IMG/VR virus record: IMGVR_UViG_3300046795_000005
Coordinates: 1-41,400 of that record
DNA length: 41,400 nucleotides
Strand: one strand, 5' to 3'
From: a virus
Lineage: Duplodnaviria; Caudoviricetes
Part shown: positions 1 through 9,966 of the stretch, one piece after another
How positions within the stretch are numbered: the stretch's first letter is position 1
Layout of the letters: every line of letters starts with the position of its first letter
The notes under the pieces: model-generated
What the model saw: only the letters and a program-made list of their open reading frames with translations
What the model was told of the DNA's origin: nothing
Databases searched by the model: none
Made by a program: the position numbers and the translations under genes

Positions 1-126
1 GGGCTACCTGTCAGTGTGAATTCTGTTTGCACTCCGTCACCAATGAACTGATCCGCCCGCCACGTACCAAAGGCAACGATGGTGGCAATCTCGGTTGGCG
101 GAAAATTACGCAGCGCATCCTCTGCC
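1..126 (+). repeat. Terminal direct repeat copy 1 (circular assembly overlap)
   Basis: 1-126 is identical to 41265-41390; implies a 41,264 bp circle. Confidence 0.95.
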
Positions 127-578
127 TCATTCCAACCAATGACGTTCAGGGCTGCCGGTGGCGGTAGTTTGGTGCTGACTCCAGGGACAGTTGGCGGCAA
201 GGTAAGCGACCGACTTAATCCTTCATTCAACTGTTGCGTCTGCATTGTCAGCTTGTCGAGCGCAGTCTCATGGCTCTGCGCTGGGAAATCGTCGTTCTGG
301 ACGTAATCCGCTTCCTGGGTGAATGGCACGTCGCGGATGATGGTCAGCGTTTCGCCAGCAGGAACGGCGACAGTTGTCATCACAGTTCCGGTCGGGTTGC
401 CCACTCCAGTGACCGCATAGTCAGCCGGATAGGCCAGCGTGGTATCGACCCCCGCCGAGTTCGTTCTGATCACCTGCAGGTGCGTGTTATCGAGGAAGCG
501 GAAGCCGACAGTGAACGGCCCGGTAGTGCCAGCGCCTGCGTAAGGCCCTGATTTGTCTATCTCTGTGGCGACAGTCAT
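1..578 (-). CDS. Tailspike/tail fibre, N-terminal part (T7 gp17-like virion-anchoring domain); continues at 41264 across the contig join
   Basis: ATG at 578 reads MTVATEIDKSGPYAGAGTTGPFTVGFRFLD...ALDKLTMQTQQL; in frame with ORF 39443-41392 through the terminal repeat; joined product 799 aa. Confidence 0.9.
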   Translation of the reverse strand, partial: MTVATEIDKSGPYAGAGTTGPFTVGFRFLDNTHLQVIRTNSAGVDTTLAYPADYAVTGVGNPTGTVMTTVAVPAGETLTIIRDVPFTQEADYVQNDDFPAQSHETALDKLTMQTQQLNEGLSRSLTLPPTVPGVSTKLPPPAALNVIGWNEAEDALRNFPPTEIATIVAFGTWRADQFIGDGVQTEFTLTGS

Positions 579-617
579 ATAAAAAATCCCCGCTGGTGAT
601 GCGAGGATTTTAGCGCG

Positions 618-654
618 AATGTGGTATTCACACCACAGTTGTGGTAAACGCAAG
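618..654. promoter_or_regulatory. Tandem 17-bp operator-like sites upstream of tailspike gene
   Basis: AATGTGGTATTCACACC (618) and GTTGTGGTAAACGCAAG (638). Confidence 0.6.
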
Positions 655-657
655 GCG

Positions 658-3228
658 CTAGCGTTGGCCTACGATCTTTCCCATGTCTGGCGCCTCGTCG
701 GGCACTGCCTCGCCAGGCTTCCACCAGTAGGTTTCCCCGTACTGCCGGCGCATCTTGTTCTGCATCGTCGACAGGTATCCGGGGGACGCCATCTCCTGCA
801 GGTTATGCACTACCAGGTGATCCAGCGCCGCCTTGGTGTACCAGAGATTGGCCAGTGGGATGTTCGACTTGGCGAAGCGGATGGCCTCGGCGCCAGCGTT
901 GGTATTCTCCCCCATTGCCGACTGCACCAGGTTGCCCTGTGTCAGGTTGAAGAACTCCTCCATTCCGCCAATCACCGGGCCCATGAATGCAGCAGTCGGT
1001 GATGTCTCGTGGCGGGTGATCCCGGAGAACAGGAAATCGCCGTACAGGCCGAACGAGCCGCCCTTCAGGAATGCCCTGACCCAGTTGCGGGTGCCTCCGT
1101 CCTCTGTCGGGTCTAGTGTGACCGGATCCTTGCCCATGATGAGCTGGCTGACTTGCAGGCCGAACGCCCCGAGCAGCGTGGTTGAGGCCGTGAACGCCGC
1201 GATATAGGCCGCCCTCCCCGCGACTGTATCCCGTGCCATGGCCCGCCGGAAATGTCGCAGCACCACCGAGATCGGCGTCGTCTTGAACAGGAAGATGGAG
1301 CGGGCAAGTTCACCCTTCCAGGTGCCGCGCTCCCCTGCTCCCAGTCGGTTCATCATGGCGCGCTCGGCGGCCTTCGGGGTGATCACCGCCATGTCCACCT
1401 CTTCGGCCACTGCCCCCAGCAACTTCAGGGCGGCCTCGCGCCGGATGGTCTGGATGGCGATCTTGTAGCTTTCTGACCACGGCGAACCCTGCACCGCCAT
1501 ATCGGGGATCAGGTGCGCCAGCTGGTCGCCCGGGATCTGGTAGATGGCATCTGGCGTCAGTACGGTGTCGTTGACGTTGCCCCATTGCTCTGGCGTGGCC
1601 AGTCGCCAGATCTCCCAGTCCTGTTCGGTGATGCCTTTGGACAGCAGGATCTGGTTATCATGTTTGCCCAGTTTGGCGAGCGAGTCGACATCGCGGGTAA
1701 GCCGTCCGATGGCGTCCATCATCGTTGCACCGAATGCACGACGACGCGCATCAGAGGCTGCCGACAGCAGCGACAGTCGCATGGTCAGCGAGGCTAGTTT
1801 CGCTGGCACAGTCGAGGCGAGGTTGTCATTCCCGAAGCGATTGAGGTCGCCGATCATGGTGTCCATGGCAAGGCCTGCCCGCCTGGCCTGTCGCAGTTCC
1901 TCGCCGTTGGTCAGGTCCATGGTGCGCAGCTGGTTGGCAAACACCTGCATCATCGGCAGGTTGTTCATCTTGGCCGTGATGGCGATGGTGCCATGGTCAG
2001 CCAGCGAGGAGATGTAGGCCGAGCCCAGCCTGGTCGATACCATCCAGTTGCGCACCCCGTCGAAGAACGCAGACAGGCGGCGCGATGCGACCACAGCCGG
2101 CACCCCGCGCACCTCTGCCCAAAGTGAGTCGAGCACCACGGCAGCATTCTCATAGCGCCCTGCCCGTTCTGGATCGGCGAGCACGGCTTCCTTGGTGGCA
2201 AGGTCGCGCATGTGCTCATAGGTGCGATCGGCGTTGGGCCCGAACGTCTCGATGGCTGCCGTCTCCTTGGCGAGCCCGTCAATGTGGCCGACCATGATCT
2301 GCAGCAGGCCACGGTCGCCGTAGGCAGTCTGATAGGCGGAAAAGTCATCGGCAGACTTGAAGTGAATAGAGCGGTGGTCTGCTCTCCGGTTGGCTGCCAT
2401 CGAGGATCCCATCGCCGCCTTGCCTGGCTCGTGCTTGTTCCAGCCATTGGTGGCAATCGAGCGCCAGGCCTCGTGCAGGAAGGCGATCATCTTGTCGTCG
2501 GTGAACACCCTGCCCTGCTCATCGACATAACGCGACCGGTCGAGGCGCGGCATGATGTCCTGCACCCACTGATTCATCCCGGCCTTGGCGACCCTGGTCT
2601 GCGAGTGGTGCTGCGGCAGCGCCCAGTCCTCGAGCTTACCGATCTTGCCGCCAGACTGGTTGAACTGTTCGCGCATCTCGTCGGCAATTTTCAGCCACTC
2701 GTCGGCGGCCTTGACGATCTTGGGGTCGATGCCGTTCGTCTCGCCATAGACAGCCCGGGTAAAGTCGCGCACCCCTTCGACATTCTCGAACAGGCCGAGC
2801 ATGCGCGGATCCAACACCTCAAAAGCATCAGTCAGGCGACGCAGTGCATCGGTGCGGATGGCCTGGCCTCTGGTCTCTATCGACTGAAAAGAACCCTTGC
2901 CGTCAGTCCACGACACGATCAGGCGCTTGAGTGCATCCTGTCGCCCACCCTCCCATTGCCCAGTCTCGCGCATCAGCTTGTCGTGTGCTGCGATCTGGAG
3001 CTCGAGGCGGCGCTTTTGCAGGAAGGCCTCGCCCTTGAGTTCAGCCACAGCAGCCTTGGCAGCCTCATTCAGCCGCTGGTGATATGACATGGTGCGCCAT
3101 GCTGCTGGATCCTTGGTGGCCAGCAGGCGCATGTGTGTCGTGATCCGGTCCTCGATGCCGGTCGCTTCCTTCTTGGTTATCTGCCGGCCGACAGCCTTCT
3201 CGACGGCGGTGATGCACTGTGTACGCAT
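658..3228 (-). CDS. Large internal virion (ejection) protein
   Basis: 856 aa, Ala-rich helical, last of the ejection-protein block before tailspike as in BPP-1/epsilon15-like podoviruses. Confidence 0.75.
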   Translation of the reverse strand: MRTQCITAVEKAVGRQITKKEATGIEDRITTHMRLLATKDPAAWRTMSYHQRLNEAAKAAVAELKGEAFLQKRRLELQIAAHDKLMRETGQWEGGRQDALKRLIVSWTDGKGSFQSIETRGQAIRTDALRRLTDAFEVLDPRMLGLFENVEGVRDFTRAVYGETNGIDPKIVKAADEWLKIADEMREQFNQSGGKIGKLEDWALPQHHSQTRVAKAGMNQWVQDIMPRLDRSRYVDEQGRVFTDDKMIAFLHEAWRSIATNGWNKHEPGKAAMGSSMAANRRADHRSIHFKSADDFSAYQTAYGDRGLLQIMVGHIDGLAKETAAIETFGPNADRTYEHMRDLATKEAVLADPERAGRYENAAVVLDSLWAEVRGVPAVVASRRLSAFFDGVRNWMVSTRLGSAYISSLADHGTIAITAKMNNLPMMQVFANQLRTMDLTNGEELRQARRAGLAMDTMIGDLNRFGNDNLASTVPAKLASLTMRLSLLSAASDARRRAFGATMMDAIGRLTRDVDSLAKLGKHDNQILLSKGITEQDWEIWRLATPEQWGNVNDTVLTPDAIYQIPGDQLAHLIPDMAVQGSPWSESYKIAIQTIRREAALKLLGAVAEEVDMAVITPKAAERAMMNRLGAGERGTWKGELARSIFLFKTTPISVVLRHFRRAMARDTVAGRAAYIAAFTASTTLLGAFGLQVSQLIMGKDPVTLDPTEDGGTRNWVRAFLKGGSFGLYGDFLFSGITRHETSPTAAFMGPVIGGMEEFFNLTQGNLVQSAMGENTNAGAEAIRFAKSNIPLANLWYTKAALDHLVVHNLQEMASPGYLSTMQNKMRRQYGETYWWKPGEAVPDEAPDMGKIVGQR

Positions 3229-3237
3229 GGTGTTTCC

Positions 3238-5895
3238 TTATCTTGACGCGCAGGCGGCTGCGGCATCGTAGCCTGGGGCGTCTTCGTCTACTTTGGTAAT
3301 GGCGTCGTCTGCCTGCTTGAGTGCTACGGCTGCGGGGATGACATCGCCGGAAGGCTCCATCACTTGCGCGTTTGGCTTCTCGTCGAGGATCTGGACAACC
3401 GGCTCGGCTGCTGTGCCCTGCTCTGCTGGCTTGGCAGCGGCAATATCCTGCTCTGCGCTAGTGGCATCCTGCTGGCGATAGGCATCAAAATCCAACTCGG
3501 TTGCCTTCGCGTCACTCTCGGCAGGCTTAACTACCGGCACCGGCTCATCCTTCAGCACCGCCCGCAGGATCTCGCCACGGCTTGGCGGCTGTGCGTCGAA
3601 GATGTTGGCCTGGCGCGGGTTGCCCAGCGCGCGCACGGCGTCATAGTAGCCGGTGATCGACTCGCCGATGGCCTTGGCTGACCGAGTGTTCTTGGCAAAG
3701 TGCTCCATCCACAGCACCGCCTCTGGCCCGATGCCGGATCCGAACATGTCATTTTGCGCCAGGTAGCTGTCGAGCTTCACACCCTCGGCCTTCAGGCTCT
3801 GTGTGGTGTCGAACGCCTGCAAGAGTTGCGGCTGAATATCGAGGTCGTGCAGGTCACCGACTGCGATCATGTCGCGCGCCTCTGCCACGTTCTGCGCCGA
3901 CTTTAGCAGGGCGTTGGTCAGGTTCTTGGACAGGTCGTCAGTCGATTCCACCATCCGCTCGAGGGCCGGTGAATCGCCGTAGGCCTTGAATAGGATGGCA
4001 TTCACCATCCGCTTTTCGCCCTGCTTCGACAGCTTGCCGTCGCTGGCCACGAACTCACCGAGCTCGTTCTGCGGATACTGCGACAGCCACTGCTTGCGGA
4101 AGTTGTCCAGGCTACGTGCTGCCAGGTCGCCAGACTCAGGCATCTCGACGCCGGCGAGCTCCGGCATGCGCTCGGCATCCACCTTGGCCTGCTCCAGCGC
4201 CGACATGCGCAGCGCTCCGCCCTCGTTCGATAGGATGGCCGCGAGCTTCACATCAACCGGCCTGGTGAACTGGCGCACCAGCACAGGCTCGGTCATGCCG
4301 CGCACCGCTTCCGGTGTCAGGCCGAACTCTGCGGCCCGCTGCTCCAGCGCCAGCTTGTAGCCGTCACCCTTGCCGCCTGCATAGGCCTGCTGGATAGCGG
4401 CCACTCGGCCATTGCCGCCGACAATCTCGCCACTCTGGGCCAGGGTCGGGGCGCCTTCTGCCATGGTGGGCGCTTCACCCAGCCGACCGAATTGCAGGTC
4501 GTTGGCGATCTTGGTGATCTGCAGTTGCGAGGCAGTGCGGGAACGATCGCGGTATTGGTTGTCGGCCTTCTCCATCGTGGCCTTGAGCGCGCCAGCATCG
4601 ACCACCATAAAGCGCACCGGCTCGGAGCGGTCACCGACGAACACCTCGCCGTCTCGGCCATGCACTGCACCTGGTAGATCCCGGGCGCCGGATGCGGAAA
4701 CTTCATCGTAGGCATCTTGCAGCCGATCGCCCACGAACAAGGCCTCATCGGCGGGTGCCAGTCCACGGCTTTCGAGCTCGGCGCGTAGCTCGTCCACGGC
4801 GTCGAGTGTGGTACGGAGCGACCCCTCCTCCTCGATGGCTCGCGCGACCTGCGCCTCCATGACTGCGCGGTTTGGCACAAACTCGGCGGAGTCGATCCCT
4901 GTCTGTGACACATCGACCGGTTCGTCGGCCATCACATCCTGAATGGCTTTATCGATGGCCTTGCCGTGGACGGTGCGTGACTGTGGATCCAGTGGCACGC
5001 CGGGAGCTGTGTCAATCTCGAGGTGCTGCTGCTTGTTGGTGGCCAGCGCCTCATCGACCACTGATGGTGGAATGTTGGGAGTTGTAGGTGCTGGCGGCTC
5101 CCCTGCCCTGGCCGCCTCTGCCGCTTTGCCGCGAGCATGCAGGCCACCGAAGGCCAGCCCGAGGATCAGGTCGGTGGCGATGGATGTCTTGTCGAATGTC
5201 TCATACTGCTTGGCCTGCTCTGGATAGCCTCGAGCCTCCAGCAGTTGCTGGGTCGAATAGCGCTGCGCCATGCCGACGCCAACGTTTGTCGCCGCGCCGA
5301 CTGCCATGCTGATCGCAGTCTTGGCCCCGAAGCCACCAGGAAGCGCGATGCCAGCCGCTGTGGCGCCGCCCTCGAGCAAACCCTTGTAAGTGGCTGTCGT
5401 TGGGTCGAGGCCTTCATACGTCTCGCCCATACGCTTGGCAGAGTAGCCTTGGATTGCAGATGGCAGCGTGACCATACCGGCGAAGGCTCCAGCAGGGCCG
5501 CCGATGGCCCCACCTATAAGCGCACCCTCAACTGCCTGCGGGACTACGCTGCCGAGGCTGTATCCAATCTGGCCGATAGTGCCAATCTGCGGCCCCGGCA
5601 TCAGGGCGTGAACGGTGGCCGCTGATTTCTGCTGTTCGGACTTCAAAAAATCCTCTGCCGAGGTGCCGCCAAAATAGTCGTCGAACTTCTTGGCGCCAGG
5701 CATCAGCATCGGCGTAAACAGATCGGCGGCTATCATGGCAGGCTGGGCGACGATACCCTGCAGCAGCCCCTGCCCTGTTCCTTGCAAGGTGCCACGGACG
5801 ACGCCATAGCCAAGGTCGCCAGGGGTGATAGGGTTCAATGCTGCGTTGGTGACTGAGTTCACATCGCTGGCTGGGTCGAGGTCGAAATAGCTCAT
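3238..5895 (-). CDS. Internal virion protein with central ddrB-like ParB domain
   Basis: 885 aa; Gly/Ala-rich hydrophobic N-terminus; motif QYRDRSR...GAP...IVGGNGR..AI..AY typical of ddrB-ParB. Confidence 0.75.
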   Translation of the reverse strand: MSYFDLDPASDVNSVTNAALNPITPGDLGYGVVRGTLQGTGQGLLQGIVAQPAMIAADLFTPMLMPGAKKFDDYFGGTSAEDFLKSEQQKSAATVHALMPGPQIGTIGQIGYSLGSVVPQAVEGALIGGAIGGPAGAFAGMVTLPSAIQGYSAKRMGETYEGLDPTTATYKGLLEGGATAAGIALPGGFGAKTAISMAVGAATNVGVGMAQRYSTQQLLEARGYPEQAKQYETFDKTSIATDLILGLAFGGLHARGKAAEAARAGEPPAPTTPNIPPSVVDEALATNKQQHLEIDTAPGVPLDPQSRTVHGKAIDKAIQDVMADEPVDVSQTGIDSAEFVPNRAVMEAQVARAIEEEGSLRTTLDAVDELRAELESRGLAPADEALFVGDRLQDAYDEVSASGARDLPGAVHGRDGEVFVGDRSEPVRFMVVDAGALKATMEKADNQYRDRSRTASQLQITKIANDLQFGRLGEAPTMAEGAPTLAQSGEIVGGNGRVAAIQQAYAGGKGDGYKLALEQRAAEFGLTPEAVRGMTEPVLVRQFTRPVDVKLAAILSNEGGALRMSALEQAKVDAERMPELAGVEMPESGDLAARSLDNFRKQWLSQYPQNELGEFVASDGKLSKQGEKRMVNAILFKAYGDSPALERMVESTDDLSKNLTNALLKSAQNVAEARDMIAVGDLHDLDIQPQLLQAFDTTQSLKAEGVKLDSYLAQNDMFGSGIGPEAVLWMEHFAKNTRSAKAIGESITGYYDAVRALGNPRQANIFDAQPPSRGEILRAVLKDEPVPVVKPAESDAKATELDFDAYRQQDATSAEQDIAAAKPAEQGTAAEPVVQILDEKPNAQVMEPSGDVIPAAVALKQADDAITKVDEDAPGYDAAAACASR

Positions 5896-8384
5896 TGAGT
5901 CACCCCGGCGCCAGTGGTCGGAACTGACACGGTCAGCATGATGGGGCCCTGTGGCCCGTTGAGATAGTTTGCGCCGTTGGTCACCAGATATTTACCCTCA
6001 CCGATGGATTGCAGCCCATAGGCAGATAGGTCATCCATCCCCGAGCCCTTGAGCCCGGCAGCCTGCATCTGCTCGTTGAACGATTTTGACACCCGATCCT
6101 TGAATTGATCCTCAGCCATGCCCCACGGCTTAAGCACCTCGCCGTTGCCGTTAAAGTCTGCCACTCCACCAGTCACCGCGAAGGCTGCCTCTTTGGCGCG
6201 GCGGCTGTCGAGTGAGTCAGCGAGCACGCCGTCACGGGATGACTTGCCGGCGTAATAGGATTTGAATGCCTGATAGGCCGTCTCGTAGCCCTTAGCGTCG
6301 CCCCGGAAGGCTGCGCCCACTGTGTCGTTGAATGCCATCTGCAGGTCTATCTCCTTCGGCATTGGGAACTTGCCGCCGCGCCCGTCCTGCTCCTTGTCGG
6401 CCTTATTCGGGTTGAGGATGGCCTCGCCCTCGAGGATGGTGGCCGCCACGTCGCGCGGTTGCAGTTGGATGTCGGAACCGAGCCAGCCGCCCGGGATGGT
6501 GGCCGGCTGCGTCCGGGTCAGCAGTGAGCCAGCAATCGCGGTGACCGGTGAGTCGGCGGCGATCTGCGTCATGATCGACATGTAGGCGCGCTGGTCGCTC
6601 AGTGTCCCGGTGCGCACCTGGTCGAGATAGGCCAGTTTCTGCTGGGTAGGCATGGTGCGCAGCACGGCAGAGAACTGTGACGCCTCGCCCTTCATCAGCA
6701 CCTGATAGGGGGTGCCATAGTTCTCGTTCATCATCTGCGCGGTGCCGATGCGCTTGGTGAGCTCCGGAGCGATGGTGTCAGGCTTGGACATGTCGAGCGG
6801 CTGCGTATCGGATAGCCCCTGCTGCATTGCGAAGGTCTGCGGGTCGTCCTGTCTGGCCTTGTAGACTTGCGCCGCTGCGGCTGCCTTGACGCTCTGTCTG
6901 GCATCAGCCACGGCATAACCTTCACCCTCGACCGGCTTTGTCGTGTTGAGGTTGGCGATGATCTGCTGGTCGGTCATGCTGGCAAAGCTGTCGATGTCGC
7001 TCGCCATAGTGCGGCCTGCCTCGTACTCGGCATAACGGGTCACACCATCTGCCGCCCCGTAGGCGTTGGTGAAATACTCCGGCGTCAGGTTGAACGGGTC
7101 AACCCTGCCATCCTTGTGCATGTCGTTCACGTCGACCATCAGTTGATCCGCGCTGGCCCGCTGCTGTGCCTGTTGGCTGCGCACCTGGTTCTGCGCCGTG
7201 ATGATCATCTGCTGCTGGGTTGTGTAGTCTAGCGCCTTGAAACTCTCTGGAGCATCGGCCCAGATCTCGCGCTCGACGCCTGGCCCGGTGGCCGCAGACT
7301 GGCCGGAACGTCCCATGACTGCTGGCACATAGTCCTGAGTTTCCTTGGGTAGGTGTGACAGCCAGTTGGCCCCGCCCTCTTTCACAGCCTTCTGCACAGC
7401 GCCAGGCCCAGCGTTATAGGCGGCGGCGGCCATCGCTGGATTGCCAAAGGTCTGCAACTGCTTGTTGTAGTATGCCCGCCCCAACTCCTTGTTGTAGTTG
7501 GCGTCATTTTTGAACTTGTCCTCGTCCCACGGCAGACCAGCCAGGGCCGCAGCCTCCGGCCCAGTGCCCGGCATGACCTGGGCGATCCCGACAGCTCCTG
7601 CCGATGATGTCAGCGGCTTGCCGTCCTTGCCGAACTGTTTGCCGCCAGACTCCTGGCCGATGATGCCAGTCTCAAAGATGTCGCCGCCGGTAGCGCCGCC
7701 TGCCTCTTGTGGCACCAAGCGATCATCCAGCCATGCCTTAGGATTGCGGAACATAACGCCCTGCTCGGCGGCCTTGGCTGCCTCCTGCTTATAGCGGTTG
7801 CCGATCTCAGTGCGCTTGGCTTCAGGAAAGCGGGATTGAGCATTGAGCACCGCGAGGCGCCGTTCGGTCACATCCTGCAACCGCTCCGGACTCTGCGCGA
7901 TGATCTGGAAATCCTGCTCCATGCCGAGTTTGGTGTCGGTGGCGACCTTATCTGTCGCCTGCTGGTCCTGGTAGTTGTAGAAATTCTGGTTCAGGCTGGA
8001 GCGCAGCTTCTCAGCGTGCTGGCTAAAGAAGCTCTTGGCCTTGTCGGTCTTGAGTGCGGCCAGCTGCTCAGTCTTCCACTTATCGAACTCCGGCTTGGAT
8101 GTTTTGCGCAGGTCCTCGCCGCCGACCGTGTAACCCTGCTTCATCTCAGTCGAGCGCTGGTTCCAGAACTCATCCCCGGACGACAGCGCATTCGAGGCGG
8201 TCAACAGGTCGGTTTCTTCTGCCTTGCGGTTGTCGAGTTGAGCCACTGCAGACAGGTTGGCGCCGGCAGACTGCAGGCCCTGCCCCAGGTTGACCAGCCC
8301 GCCCTGATCCATATTGACGCGCGTCACGCCGATGGTGTTGGCCGATGGTGACTGGCGCTTTTCGTAAACAGGTATTCCAGCCAT
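5892..8384 (-). CDS. Internal virion protein with lytic transglycosylase (SLT) domain
   Basis: QESGG, GAVGIAQVMPGT, AAYNAGPG, ETQDYV motifs at about 7310-7690. Confidence 0.88.
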   Translation of the reverse strand: MAGIPVYEKRQSPSANTIGVTRVNMDQGGLVNLGQGLQSAGANLSAVAQLDNRKAEETDLLTASNALSSGDEFWNQRSTEMKQGYTVGGEDLRKTSKPEFDKWKTEQLAALKTDKAKSFFSQHAEKLRSSLNQNFYNYQDQQATDKVATDTKLGMEQDFQIIAQSPERLQDVTERRLAVLNAQSRFPEAKRTEIGNRYKQEAAKAAEQGVMFRNPKAWLDDRLVPQEAGGATGGDIFETGIIGQESGGKQFGKDGKPLTSSAGAVGIAQVMPGTGPEAAALAGLPWDEDKFKNDANYNKELGRAYYNKQLQTFGNPAMAAAAYNAGPGAVQKAVKEGGANWLSHLPKETQDYVPAVMGRSGQSAATGPGVEREIWADAPESFKALDYTTQQQMIITAQNQVRSQQAQQRASADQLMVDVNDMHKDGRVDPFNLTPEYFTNAYGAADGVTRYAEYEAGRTMASDIDSFASMTDQQIIANLNTTKPVEGEGYAVADARQSVKAAAAAQVYKARQDDPQTFAMQQGLSDTQPLDMSKPDTIAPELTKRIGTAQMMNENYGTPYQVLMKGEASQFSAVLRTMPTQQKLAYLDQVRTGTLSDQRAYMSIMTQIAADSPVTAIAGSLLTRTQPATIPGGWLGSDIQLQPRDVAATILEGEAILNPNKADKEQDGRGGKFPMPKEIDLQMAFNDTVGAAFRGDAKGYETAYQAFKSYYAGKSSRDGVLADSLDSRRAKEAAFAVTGGVADFNGNGEVLKPWGMAEDQFKDRVSKSFNEQMQAAGLKGSGMDDLSAYGLQSIGEGKYLVTNGANYLNGPQGPIMLTVSVPTTGAGVTQ

Positions 8385-8392
8385 GGTGGCCC

Positions 8393-8857
8393 CTATTTCA
8401 GATTTTTATATTGGCCATAGAGGCCGCTAGCGGACGACAGCAGCGAGCCAGCCGCCGAGGTGTAGGCGTTGGTCTTGGCGTTCTTGCCTGATGCCAGCGT
8501 GCCCTTGGCCTGGTTGGTGTAGCCGCGCGCCTGGTTCTCTGCCTCATAGCGGATGTTCTGCGCGTCAGACTCGGCATTGAATAGGCTCTCGCGCAGGAGG
8601 TCAGAAGCGGAGCCATTGAGCTGCATCCCCGCCTCAGACTGCGCGGCCATCTGCGTGCCGACCATCTTGCGCGCCATGGCCCGCGAGTCATCCTCACGGA
8701 CGTTCGCTGTCTGTCTGGCCTGCTCGGCGTTAACCTTCATCTGGTCAGCTTCAAACTGTGCTTGTGCTTGCGCGGCCTGGCCCTGCTTGATTGAGCCCAC
8801 GGCCGAGGTGACGGCGCCGACCGCAGTCACGCCAATCGCGATCCATGCCATCGTCAT
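8393..8857 (-). CDS. Small internal virion protein
   Basis: 154 aa; hydrophobic N-terminus, Ala/Gln coiled coil, position in ejection block. Confidence 0.7.
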   Translation of the reverse strand: MTMAWIAIGVTAVGAVTSAVGSIKQGQAAQAQAQFEADQMKVNAEQARQTANVREDDSRAMARKMVGTQMAAQSEAGMQLNGSASDLLRESLFNAESDAQNIRYEAENQARGYTNQAKGTLASGKNAKTNAYTSAAGSLLSSASGLYGQYKNLK

Positions 8858-9348
8858 AAATTACTCTCCACAATATTCCCCTCGAGTTCGGTCAGTATAT
8901 CCTCTGCCCGCTCTGGATCTGTCTCGGTTGTTGCGTGAAACGTCACAAACAGGGTGTCGGCATGAGCGAAGATCACCCGCTTGGTGCCTGGCTCTGTGCG
9001 CATGCAATGGAACCCGACCACGCGCCGCTGCCCCTGGCTGGTCCAGATGGTGGCATCGCCGCAGATCACAATGAAATGCTGCTTGGCGTGGATCTTGGTA
9101 ACGGCCAGCTGCCCGGCAGGCATCGGGTATTTGCGGCAATAGAGGCCATCGGCGAACAGATGCTCTACTTCTGTCGGCCGCATCGGCAGGCCAGCATCGG
9201 CCACGGCGACCGCGAGCTCGTTCTGAATGCGCTGCATCTGCGACATGGACAGGGCCGCGCCACTCTCGAATACCATGGCGCCATTCACTGCCTCGGCAGC
9301 CAGAGCCCCCACCCGGTTGAGCTCATCGAGCACGGTTAAATCAGTCAT
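8854..9348 (-). CDS. Cupin-fold phage protein
   Basis: Start moved to ATG 9348 overlapping upstream stop; H-x-F-x-x-G-x-Y-x-R, KIH...H, G-x-KR...FH pattern. Confidence 0.6.
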   Translation of the reverse strand: MTDLTVLDELNRVGALAAEAVNGAMVFESGAALSMSQMQRIQNELAVAVADAGLPMRPTEVEHLFADGLYCRKYPMPAGQLAVTKIHAKQHFIVICGDATIWTSQGQRRVVGFHCMRTEPGTKRVIFAHADTLFVTFHATTETDPERAEDILTELEGNIVESNL

Positions 9349-9775
9349 TGCGGATCCTCGCGTAAATCCAGCAGTCGCCGCCGGTTGGTGTGTAGGCTCT
9401 GGCCAATCCCTCGCGCTCGAAGCCGAGCATGCGCAGCATCCGGTCGCCAGCCTCGAAGCCGACATCAACGGTTGCCTCGATACGCCGCCAGGGTGCGCCA
9501 TGGTCGAGGCAGCCTTTCATGGCCCGCACGATGTAGCGCATGTGTTGGCCCGCATCGCAGGACACTAGGGCCCAGGCTGTGGCGTGGCCTTCCCATCGCT
9601 CCTCGAAGCCTGCCACCACCATCACCCGGCCGTGGTCATCAACAGCCGTGAACGAGTTGGCCAACTCCAGCATCTCGCCATAACAGGGGTCGCATACCGG
9701 CGAGGCAAAGTAGGATTGTGCCGGTTGCAGCTTCAGTTCGGCCAGGTGCTCGGCCTTGAATGGGATGATCTTCAT
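9341..9775 (-). CDS. GNAT-family acetyltransferase-like protein
   Basis: RRIEATV...RMLRMLGFEREG motif; syntenic after tail nozzle in this phage group. Confidence 0.75.
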   Translation of the reverse strand: MKIIPFKAEHLAELKLQPAQSYFASPVCDPCYGEMLELANSFTAVDDHGRVMVVAGFEERWEGHATAWALVSCDAGQHMRYIVRAMKGCLDHGAPWRRIEATVDVGFEAGDRMLRMLGFEREGLARAYTPTGGDCWIYARIRND

Positions 9776-9966
9776 CGCGGTTTCACAAATGTTGTGGTGC
9801 CGGTGCGCCGGTTATCGCTGGCGCCCTGCCCTGTTGTTGGCTTGCCCTTGTCGAAGGTCAGCGCCTCGTAGACACCGAGCGAGGCGGTAGCCACCATCGC
9901 AGAGTCGCCGAGCGTTGCTTTCTTCTCCATGGCCTCTGCATCGGCCCCGAGTATTGTGGCGGCCAT
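9772..9966 (-). CDS. Hypothetical protein (64 aa)
   Basis: Start and stop overlap both neighbours. Confidence 0.6.
   Translation of the reverse strand: MAATILGADAEAMEKKATLGDSAMVATASLGVYEALTFDKGKPTTGQGASDNRRTGTTTFVKPR

Noticed and set aside
1-126. Biological terminal repeat
   Set aside because: Falls mid-gene and has a length typical of assembler k-mer overlap
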